From Flavobacteriales bacterium (lineage in GTDB: Bacteria > Bacteroidota > Bacteroidia > Flavobacteriales_F > PHOS-HE28): DNA of 64,000 nt. Below the pieces are notes generated by a model, which worked only from the letters and a program-made list of their open reading frames with translations, did not search any database and had not been told where the DNA came from. Of the stretch, positions 56,770 to 64,000 are shown in pieces. Made by a program: the position numbers and the translations under genes. The stretch is from contig JAEUSY010000026.1 in the NCBI GenBank assembly GCA_016788295.1, positions 64,020 through 128,019 of the forward strand, read 5' to 3'. Numbering within the stretch: the first letter of the stretch is position 1; each line of letters starts with the position of its first letter.

Positions 56770-57494
56770 GTGAGCTCTGGCTGCCCCTTGGACTGGCGAT
56801 CATCGCCTTCCTGTATGCATCCGTTGGCCATGGTGGTGCCAGCGGGTACATAACCCTGTTGACCTTGGCCGGCGTTGCATCGGTGGCCGTCCGTCCATCA
56901 TCGTTGATGCTCAACCTCTGTGTGTCGGCCATTGCCTTCATCCAGTTCGCACGCGCCGGCCATTTCAGGTGGAAGGTGTTCTGGCCTTTTGCGATTCTGT
57001 CCATCCCAATGGCATGGGTGGGCGCAGGAGCAACACTGGACCCCGCATTATACCGCAAACTGTTGGCGTTGTGCCTGGTGTTCGCCGTTGCGCGCATGAC
57101 CTTCTCTTCAGACCGCGTGATCGTGGAGCCGCGCCCCATGGCGTGGCCGGTGGCCGTGATCATCGGCTTAGTGATCGGGTTGGTGTCCGGCCTGATCGGG
57201 ATCGGTGGCGGCATCATTCTCAGCCCTATCCTTTTGCTGGCCGGATGGGCCGATGCCAAGACCACGGCAGCCACCTCCGCGCTGTTCATTTTCGTGAACA
57301 GTGCCGCAGGTCTTCTGTCCATGGCCGATGCTGGCCACTTGCAGTCCTTGGACCACTTGTCGTGGCCGTTGGCGGCCATCGGTGGTGGTGTCCTGGGCAG
57401 TTGGGTCGGCGCGCGGAAGCTTATTGATGAGCGTGTACGCCAAGCATTGGGCATCGTGTTGTTCCTTGCAGCCATCAAGCTTTGGTGGACATGA
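56766..57494 (+). CDS. sulfite exporter TauE/SafE-family membrane protein
   Basis: Eight TM helices with the paired GxxxG-rich repeats (GHGGASGYITLLTLAG ... GIGGGIILSPILLLAG) typical of TauE/SafE (DUF81). Confidence 0.75.
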   Translation: MSELWLPLGLAIIAFLYASVGHGGASGYITLLTLAGVASVAVRPSSLMLNLCVSAIAFIQFARAGHFRWKVFWPFAILSIPMAWVGAGATLDPALYRKLLALCLVFAVARMTFSSDRVIVEPRPMAWPVAVIIGLVIGLVSGLIGIGGGIILSPILLLAGWADAKTTAATSALFIFVNSAAGLLSMADAGHLQSLDHLSWPLAAIGGGVLGSWVGARKLIDERVRQALGIVLFLAAIKLWWT

Positions 57495-58675
57495 TCACGG
57501 TGGCGGAGGCAATGGACTTTTTGGAAGGGAGCGTAGTGCTTACCGCCGGTCGCGATGTGCGACTTGCCGAGGGGAATGGTCATTTCCTCGCTCGCACGGT
57601 CCATGCGCTTCACGACCACCCCTTGTTCGACATGACGGCCGTTGATGGTTATGCGTTCGCGTTCTCGCCACAGATCACATCGTGGACAGTTGTCGCGGAG
57701 ATCGCGGCAGGCGAGGTGTTCAAGGGTACGCTACACCTCGGTGAGTGCGTGCGGATCTTTACGGGGGCCATGCTGCCCGCAGGTGCGGATACCGTGGTGA
57801 TGCAGGAGTTCGTAAAGCGCACAGGCGATCGGATCACGCACACCGATGATCGTTTGCGGTATGGTGGCAATGTGCGCCTGAAGGGTGAACAACTGAAGGT
57901 CGGCGATCTTCTGCTTCAAGCAGGCTCACGTCTGGGTCCAGCGGAGATCGGCCTGTTGGCCTCGGCTGGTGTTCCAGAGGTGTGCGTTCATGCCAGGCCG
58001 ACCGTGAGCGTTTTGCGCACGGGTGGTGAGTTCGCAGAAGGAACATTTCCTGCGCCCGGCCGCATCTTCAGCAGCAACGATGCCCTATTGATCGCCGCAT
58101 TGAACGCCGAAGGCATCAATTTGAATGGCCGCTCCTTTACCCCGAATGACATCCGCGAGGAATTGCTGCGCGACCTTTCCATCGCCATGGAAAGCAGCGA
58201 CCTGGTGATCAGTACCGGCGGCGTATCCGTGGGGGACCATGATCTGGTGCGCAGCTGTCTGGAGGAGCTGGGGGCCGAGGTGGTCTTCCATGGCGTGGAA
58301 CAGAAGCCCGGCAAACCCATGCTGTTCGCACGCAAGGGGCACACACGGATCTTCGCACTGCCCGGAAATCCACGGGCCGTGTTGGTGGGCTGGCACCTTT
58401 ATGTGCGGCCTTTCATCAAGGCCATGCAGGGCGCACAACAGCCGTGGATGCGCAATGAACGACTGCCTTTGTCACACGATGTGTCCTGGAAAGGCGTGCG
58501 AACGGACTTCCGTGCCGGCGAGGTCCGCAACGGGGAAGTTCAACTCCTGGCCGATGAGGGTTCACACATGCTGGCGGGCATGGTGAACGCCGAGGTGCTC
58601 GTTGAGCTGCCCTTGGGATCGAACGCATTGCGCAAGGGCGAAGCCGTTCGCGTCCATTACCTTCCGCGTCCATGA
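57482..58675 (+). CDS. moeA: molybdopterin molybdotransferase
   Basis: MoeA N-terminal and MoCF-binding domains (VISTGGVSVGDHDLV; IFALPGNPRAVLVGW). Confidence 0.85.
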   Translation: MVDMITVAEAMDFLEGSVVLTAGRDVRLAEGNGHFLARTVHALHDHPLFDMTAVDGYAFAFSPQITSWTVVAEIAAGEVFKGTLHLGECVRIFTGAMLPAGADTVVMQEFVKRTGDRITHTDDRLRYGGNVRLKGEQLKVGDLLLQAGSRLGPAEIGLLASAGVPEVCVHARPTVSVLRTGGEFAEGTFPAPGRIFSSNDALLIAALNAEGINLNGRSFTPNDIREELLRDLSIAMESSDLVISTGGVSVGDHDLVRSCLEELGAEVVFHGVEQKPGKPMLFARKGHTRIFALPGNPRAVLVGWHLYVRPFIKAMQGAQQPWMRNERLPLSHDVSWKGVRTDFRAGEVRNGEVQLLADEGSHMLAGMVNAEVLVELPLGSNALRKGEAVRVHYLPRP

Positions 58676-59253
58676 ATCCTTGGAGCAGTGGTGGTGATGG
58701 TTGGACCGGTGTTGTGCTGGCAGGTGGTCGCAGTTCGCGCATGGGTCGCGACAAGGCCTTGATCGAGATCGATGGTCGCACGCTTTTGGACCGGGCCCTG
58801 GACAAGTTGGAGCCGCACGTGCAGGAGCTCCTGGTGATCGGCGATCCACAGAAGTATGGCCATGTGGGTCCTTTCGTTTTTGCTGACGATATCCCCGGCG
58901 TGGGACCGCTGGGCGGAATTCTCACGGCCATGCGCTACGCCAGCAACGACCGGCTGCTGGTGCTTGCGTGCGACATGCCGAACGTGACTCCGCAATTGTT
59001 CGAACGAATGAAGGAAGGTCTTGCACGCGAAGGCACCGCGTTCGTTCCCGTTTGCGATGGACAGCCTGAACCGCTGGCCGCTGCATACCACCGCCGCTGC
59101 CGTTCCACCTTCGAGGCACGCGTGGCGCAAGGTGCATGGAAAGTGCGCGATGCCTTGGAGCAGGTACGGGCCACCTTCGTGCAGATATGCCCGGGTGAGG
59201 ATGGCTGGCCGGCGGACCTTTTCCGGAACATCAACGCGCCGGGCGATCTTTGA
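58672..59253 (+). CDS. mobA: molybdenum cofactor guanylyltransferase
   Basis: GVVLAGGRSSRMGRDKALIEIDGRTLLDRAL...LVLACDMP is the MobA signature. Overlaps the moeA stop by 4 nt. Confidence 0.85.
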   Translation: MNPWSSGGDGWTGVVLAGGRSSRMGRDKALIEIDGRTLLDRALDKLEPHVQELLVIGDPQKYGHVGPFVFADDIPGVGPLGGILTAMRYASNDRLLVLACDMPNVTPQLFERMKEGLAREGTAFVPVCDGQPEPLAAAYHRRCRSTFEARVAQGAWKVRDALEQVRATFVQICPGEDGWPADLFRNINAPGDL

Positions 59254-59287
59254 TGCACCATTGCCCCGGCGTTGGCACCAACACACC

Positions 59288-59512
59288 ATGGAAGTACTGC
59301 TCTTCGGGTTGATCGCCGAGAAGGCCGGCGTTGATCGCCTCACGGTCGATGCTTCCACCATGCAAGAGCTTCGCAATGCGCTCGCGGATCGCATACCCGA
59401 CCTCGGTGGGCTGAGCCATGCCATTGCCGTTGACCGTTGTATCGTGCACGACAACAGACCACTTACCGGCAGCGAGGAGATCGCCGTGCTGCCCCCATTC
59501 GCCGGAGGATGA
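59288..59512 (+). CDS. moaD: molybdopterin synthase sulfur-carrier subunit
   Basis: 74 aa with the ubiquitin-like beta-grasp fold, ending in ...VLPPFAGG (C-terminal Gly-Gly). Confidence 0.8.
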   Translation: MEVLLFGLIAEKAGVDRLTVDASTMQELRNALADRIPDLGGLSHAIAVDRCIVHDNRPLTGSEEIAVLPPFAGG

Positions 59513-59964
59513 GCTCGGAAAAGACCCATAAGGTGAAGGACATCTTCGTTGAAGGATCGATCGACCCGGCCTTCATCGCCACGAGCATCACCAAACACGC
59601 CACGCGAACGGACATCGGTGCGCACGAGATATTTCTCGGGCAGGTACGCAGCGATATCATCGATGGATCGAACGTTGTGGCCATTGAATACACTGCCTAT
59701 CGCGACATGGCCTTGGAGCGCATGACCGCCATCCGCGAAGGGGCCTTTGCGCAGTGGCCCAGCATGACCTGCCTGCACGTGCACCACAGCCTCGGCAACG
59801 TCCAGGCGGGCGAACTGTGTTTCATGGTATTCGCCAGTGCGCCGCATCGCGTGGCCGCACGCGAGGCCGTGGCCTGGGTGGTGGATCGCATCAAGGCTGA
59901 ACTGCCCATCTTCGGACGCGAGGTCCTATCGGACGCCACCCATGTTTGGAAAACGAACGCGTAA
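59509..59964 (+). CDS. moaE: molybdopterin synthase catalytic subunit
   Basis: MoaE fold (IFLGQVRSD...VVAIEYTAYRDMA...CLHVHHSLG...HRVAAREAVAWVVDRIKAELPIFGRE). ATGA overlap with the moaD stop. Confidence 0.8.
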   Translation: MSSEKTHKVKDIFVEGSIDPAFIATSITKHATRTDIGAHEIFLGQVRSDIIDGSNVVAIEYTAYRDMALERMTAIREGAFAQWPSMTCLHVHHSLGNVQAGELCFMVFASAPHRVAAREAVAWVVDRIKAELPIFGREVLSDATHVWKTNA

Positions 59965-60021
59965 CGTCGCCCGAGGCCTCGAGCCCACCGCGTCGCCTTA
60001 CGCTAATGCCCCTCTCCTCCT

Positions 60022-60939
60022 ATGATCGACATCACCCACAAACCCACCACCCTGCGCGAGGCAACGGCCACGGCATTGGTCACCGTTAGCGATCCGGCCA
60101 CCATTGCTGCGCTGAAGGAGAAGCGCGTTCCAAAGGGCGATGTGCTGGAGAGTGCGCGTGTCGCGGCTTTGTTCGCCGTAAAGAAGACCCACGAACTGAT
60201 CCCGGACTGCCATCCCTTGCCCATCGAACATGCCGAATGCACGTTCACGGTAGGGGAGATGGAGGTGATCGTCACCATGCGGGTGCGCACCATCTATCGC
60301 ACCGGCGTTGAAGTAGAGGCCATGCACGGCGCCAGTGTCGCGGCCCTCACCATCTACGATATGCTGAAGCCCATCGACAAGGGCGTGATGATCGGGGGTA
60401 TCCGCTTGCTGGAGAAGAAGGGTGGCAAGAGCGATTGGAAGGACCGCTTCGACATCCCCGTGAAGGCCGCCGTCCTGGTGATCAGCGATGGGGTGTCCAG
60501 CGGCAAGAAGGAGGATAAGGCGGGCATCGCCATCGAGGACCGCTTGCGGCAACTGGGTGTTGAACTGGCCGGCAATGCCGTGGTCCCCGACGAACCGGAG
60601 CAGATCGGCATGCGGGTGAACGCCTGGGCGAATGAAGGCATCGAACTCATCCTCACCACCGGGGGCACGGGCCTTTCACCGCGTGACCGCACGCCCGAGG
60701 CCATCGCGCCGATCTTGGACCGTGAGGTGCCGGGCATCATGGAAGCCGCCCGCAGCTACGGCCAGGAGCGGATGCCCTGGGCCATGATGAGCCGTGGTAT
60801 CGCAGGTATGATCGGACGCACACTGGTGATCACGCTGCCCGGCTCCACCCGCGGTGCACGAGAGACGATGGATGCGTTGTTCCCGTTCGTGCTGCATGTG
60901 GTGAAGGTGCAGGAGATGGCGTTCAGGCATGGCCAGTAA
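60022..60939 (+). CDS. moaC: bifunctional MoaC (cyclic pyranopterin monophosphate synthase) / MogA-MoaB (molybdopterin adenylyltransferase) fusion
   Basis: N-terminal MoaC (VTMRVRTIYRTGVEVEAMHGASVAALTIYDMLK) joined to a C-terminal MogA/MoaB domain (AVLVISDGVS...LILTTGGTGLSPRDRTPEA...ITLPGSTRGA). Confidence 0.85.
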   Translation: MIDITHKPTTLREATATALVTVSDPATIAALKEKRVPKGDVLESARVAALFAVKKTHELIPDCHPLPIEHAECTFTVGEMEVIVTMRVRTIYRTGVEVEAMHGASVAALTIYDMLKPIDKGVMIGGIRLLEKKGGKSDWKDRFDIPVKAAVLVISDGVSSGKKEDKAGIAIEDRLRQLGVELAGNAVVPDEPEQIGMRVNAWANEGIELILTTGGTGLSPRDRTPEAIAPILDREVPGIMEAARSYGQERMPWAMMSRGIAGMIGRTLVITLPGSTRGARETMDALFPFVLHVVKVQEMAFRHGQ

Positions 60940-61093
60940 TTGGGTTGATGTAGAGATGGCAGCCCCTTCGTGCGATGCAGTGAAGGTGCAGTCTTTCAGG
61001 CATGGGGAGTGACGGTGTTGTGGGGCGCCAGGGGCCTCCTTGCAGGGCCGTGTTGCGCGCCATAGCTTGCAGGTCCTTCGTTCCTCCCTGACC

Positions 61094-63481
61094 ATGTACA
61101 TCCAGTTCCTCCTGCGTTCATACCGTCCGGCGTTGCTCATGGCACTGATGCAGCCGTTCATGGCTTCCGGGCAGACCTTGGTCTGTACCAGTGAATGCCC
61201 GTGGGAGCCGCTCGCCACCCAGGTAGGGGGTCTGGCCTTCAATACGACCGTCACGACCTGGCCTGGCACCGGGGCCATGGTGTGGTCCCTTCTTGGAGGA
61301 CCCCGCTACCGGAATTTCCAGGTGATCGGTGGTCGGATCTACGAGTGGAGCATGTGCGATGCGGATGGGGGCGATCACAATGGGGATGTGATGACGATCC
61401 TGGACCCTGCGACCAATGCGACGCTCTGCCATTGGCGTTATGCAGGGGCATGCGGTGAAGCCACCATCCGCTACCAGGCGCCAGCCAATGGCCAGGTGCG
61501 GATCTATGTGAACGGCGCTGCTTGTGACGGGGAAATGACCGGGGGCACCATCGTGTGGCGATGCCTGGGGTGCGGCGACAACGGATGCACGAACGCCGCG
61601 AACGGAGAGTTCCCAGCCGGGACCTTCGTGCCCGCATGCACCGGGATCCCGGAAGTGATCACATCCCTCGCTCCGGATGCCACCTATTCCAGTGTGCAGC
61701 TCACCGCCGGCACCACATACACCTTCAGTGCTCTTCCACTGCTGGTCCTCTACCCCAACCCCTCCTGGATCACCATCACCGATGCAACGGGAACGATCAT
61801 CTACACCCATGCGCAGCGGACACGGAACTTCACGCCGCCGAGCACGGGCATGTATCGCTTCTACACCAGTGTGAGCATGGTGGACTTTGGCTGTACCACC
61901 TATCCAGGTGATCTGCGGGCCATTCGTTGCGGCACCTATGACCCGTGTGTTACGACCCCCATCACCTGCGAGGTGGAAGAGCTGGTGTACCTGCAGGGTA
62001 CTGGATCTTGGCCCTCGGGACCGTGCGGCGCAGCGGCTGGCATCGAACGCATCTATTCATACACCCCCGCCGTGTCCGGGGTTTACCGGATGGACATCAC
62101 TGACGGCTTGTACCCTTCACCTGGGATCCGCTATGCCTGGAAGGAGGCCACATTGGGCTGCGATGCGAACAACTGGAACTGCCTGGGCACGATCACTGGT
62201 GCAGTGGGCCAGTTCACGCTCAACCTCACGGCCGGTGTGCCCATCCACATCCTGGCCGATGCGGTGGATGCGAACGCCATCTGGCAGAAGATCGCCCTGC
62301 GCTGCGCCATCCCACAGAACCAGACCTGTGCCACCGCAGCGCCGGTGGACACCTATCCGGCAACGCTCTCGGCCAACGCCCGCTGGACCAGTGGTTCCTC
62401 GTCCCTTCCATGCCTGAGCAATGGGACCCGCGTGCTGTGGTACAAGGCCACAGGCTTGTGCGGTACCGTTACGGCCAACACCTGCGGCAGTGATGCCAAC
62501 ACCACCCTGGCCGTGTATTCGGGCACTTGTGCAAGCCTGACCGAGGTGGCCTGCAACGACAATGCGACGACCGGTCCCTGCTCCGGCACCCAGCAAAGCA
62601 GCGTGAGCTGGGCCGCAACGGAGGGCACCGAGTACTTCATCGCCGTGGCCAACCCACCATTGGGGTTCCAGTCCAGCATCGTATTGAACATCACCGAACC
62701 GGACAGCGACGGCGACGGCATCGGTGATGCGTGCGATGTGCAATTGAACGTACGCGCCATGCTGGACGGGCCATACGACCCGGCCATCGGGCTGATGAAC
62801 GATGGCATGCGGGCGCTGGGAGTGCTACAACTGACCGAGCCCTACACCAACATGAACTATCCGCACGTGAACGGCGGTGGTGAATCGATCACGCTGCCGG
62901 TGGTGTCCGTCGGGGGCAACAATGCGATCGTGGATTGGGTGGTGATCGAGCTGCGCAGCGCCACCACACCAACGCTGGTCGTGGATACGCGCAGTGCCCT
63001 GCTGCAACGCGACGGTGACATCGTGGACGTGGATGGTGTGAGCTCGGTGAACATGCGTTCGCCGAGTGGAAACTACCACGTGGCGATCCGGCACCGCAAT
63101 CACCTGGCCGTAATGACCAGTGTGCCCGTGGCACTTTCACCCAACTCTGCGTTGCTCGACTTCACCAACGCGGCCACTGGCACATACGGCGTACAGGCAC
63201 AAAAGACATCCGGCGGCACGTTCAGTAAGCAGGTGATGTGGTGCGGCGATGTCGATAGTAACGGCACGGTGAAGTACACCGGAGAGGTCAATGATCGCGA
63301 CCCGATACTCATGATGATCGGCGGGGTCGTGCCCACGAACACGGTGACCACCTATTCGTTCTCCGATCTCAACATGGACGGTGTGGTGAAGTATACCGGT
63401 GAGGACAACGACAGAGACCGTGTGCTGAGCACCATCGGTGGGACGGTGCCTACGAACACGAGGGTGCAGCAGCTGCCATAG
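61094..63481 (+). CDS. large Cys-rich secreted hypothetical protein with thrombospondin-type-3-like and dockerin-like C-terminal Ca-binding repeats; no T9SS CTD
   Basis: Signal MYIQFLLRSYRPALLMALMQPFMASG. About 40 Cys in the first 550 aa. DSDGDGIGDACD motif. The C-terminus has paired repeats GDVDSNGTVKYTGEVNDRDPILMMIGG / DLNMDGVVKYTGEDNDRDRVLSTIGG resembling type I dockerin EF-hand-like pairs. Confidence 0.6.
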   Translation: MYIQFLLRSYRPALLMALMQPFMASGQTLVCTSECPWEPLATQVGGLAFNTTVTTWPGTGAMVWSLLGGPRYRNFQVIGGRIYEWSMCDADGGDHNGDVMTILDPATNATLCHWRYAGACGEATIRYQAPANGQVRIYVNGAACDGEMTGGTIVWRCLGCGDNGCTNAANGEFPAGTFVPACTGIPEVITSLAPDATYSSVQLTAGTTYTFSALPLLVLYPNPSWITITDATGTIIYTHAQRTRNFTPPSTGMYRFYTSVSMVDFGCTTYPGDLRAIRCGTYDPCVTTPITCEVEELVYLQGTGSWPSGPCGAAAGIERIYSYTPAVSGVYRMDITDGLYPSPGIRYAWKEATLGCDANNWNCLGTITGAVGQFTLNLTAGVPIHILADAVDANAIWQKIALRCAIPQNQTCATAAPVDTYPATLSANARWTSGSSSLPCLSNGTRVLWYKATGLCGTVTANTCGSDANTTLAVYSGTCASLTEVACNDNATTGPCSGTQQSSVSWAATEGTEYFIAVANPPLGFQSSIVLNITEPDSDGDGIGDACDVQLNVRAMLDGPYDPAIGLMNDGMRALGVLQLTEPYTNMNYPHVNGGGESITLPVVSVGGNNAIVDWVVIELRSATTPTLVVDTRSALLQRDGDIVDVDGVSSVNMRSPSGNYHVAIRHRNHLAVMTSVPVALSPNSALLDFTNAATGTYGVQAQKTSGGTFSKQVMWCGDVDSNGTVKYTGEVNDRDPILMMIGGVVPTNTVTTYSFSDLNMDGVVKYTGEDNDRDRVLSTIGGTVPTNTRVQQLP

Positions 63482-63608
63482 GCGCATTGTCCTGCATCAG
63501 TGCGCTGTAGCCTCCTCTATCGAGGGGAGGCCTGGAAGCGTTAGGATGAGGTGTGCATCGGGTACCTTCGCCGTCCCGCCTTGGCCACCAGGTTTCGGCG
63601 CGCTATGT

Positions 63609-64000
63609 ATGATCAACGGCAAGGATGCGATGGTGGAGGAGTTCGTGCTCCACCGTATCGGCGGGGCAGGTGGCGAGAGCATCTTGAATGATTTCAGTGC
63701 GGTGCTTCAGGGCTTCGAGGAACAGGAGTTCCTGCGGAAGCTCTTCCTGAAGCCGTTCCATACCGCTGCACAGACCTACGAGTTCACACATGCCGTTGGC
63801 TTGGAGTACAACGTGCTCCACGGCCTTTGTTCAAGCATCCGCGAGGGCAAGGACCTTGTGGGCGTTTCGCGTGCCATGACCAAGCACTTGGAGGATGTGT
63901 CGGTGCATCAGAGCATCAAGGGAGGCGACCTCTACGTGGCAAAGTTCAGTGGCGTGGAACTGGGTCCTGCCGTGTACGATGCGGTGGGCATCTACAAATT
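63609..64000 (+). CDS. nucleoid-associated protein, NdpA/YejK-like, N-terminal fragment (runs off the window end)
   Basis: MINGKDAMVEEFVLHRIGGAGGESILNDF...SRAMTKHLEDVSVHQSIKGGDLYVAKFSG follows the YejK N-terminal pattern (hhHhiG...; GG.l.f..y). No stop before the window edge. Confidence 0.5.
   Translation, partial: MINGKDAMVEEFVLHRIGGAGGESILNDFSAVLQGFEEQEFLRKLFLKPFHTAAQTYEFTHAVGLEYNVLHGLCSSIREGKDLVGVSRAMTKHLEDVSVHQSIKGGDLYVAKFSGVELGPAVYDAVGIYK

Noticed and set aside
58657-59847. 396-aa minus-strand ORF
   Set aside because: Antisense across mobA, moaD and moaE, all well supported on the + strand.
63490-63560. Possible terminator hairpin after the large Cys-rich protein gene (gcctcc...ggaggc)
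   Set aside because: Stem is short and imperfect with no clear T-run; too weak to report as a feature.
1-64000. Scan for rRNA, tRNA, integrase/transposase genes and phage-like genes
   Set aside because: No cloverleaf-like conserved tRNA boxes, rRNA-like stretches, integrase/transposase signatures or phage structural genes were recognised. The only selfish element found is the ParE TA pair.

Overview
High-GC (~60-65%) chromosomal segment, almost certainly from a Bacteroidota genome. Evidence for the phylum: five proteins end in T9SS Por-type C-terminal sorting domains, MurF-Alr and MoaC-MogA are fused, DUF4271-hemD-rnpA-yidD-ctpA is in the usual Bacteroidota order, and there is a TAnnTTTG-type -7 promoter motif. 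The window is densely coding (~69 genes), with no rRNA, tRNA or CRISPR detected. Housekeeping content: metG, menB, hemD, rnpA, yidD, tdk, murF-alr, rsmI, a DAHP synthase/chorismate mutase fusion, a Moco biosynthesis cluster, and LPS core/O-antigen genes. Accessory content: a ParE-type toxin-antitoxin pair; flotillin with its NfeD/YqiJ partner; two tandem T9SS S8 peptidases; an ArsR-led island of SRPBCC, DUF1801, GyrI-like, cupin and DoxX proteins next to a copper P-type ATPase. Most notably, at 35-41.5 kb a two-gene module is tandemly duplicated: a diheme (2x CxxCH) c-type cytochrome lipoprotein followed by an FG-GAP/ASPIC-UnbV beta-propeller protein with a T9SS signal. A third, larger UnbV-family paralog lies ~10 kb downstream and shares a C-terminal module with one of the S8 peptidases. 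Other oddities: an in-frame palindromic heptamer-repeat insert inside ldcA; an Asp/Gly/Asn-rich tandem-repeat lipoprotein; an orphan LuxR-type response regulator with Glu at the phospho-acceptor position; a low-GC 430-bp gene-free gap; and a large Cys-rich secreted protein with dockerin-like C-terminal repeats.
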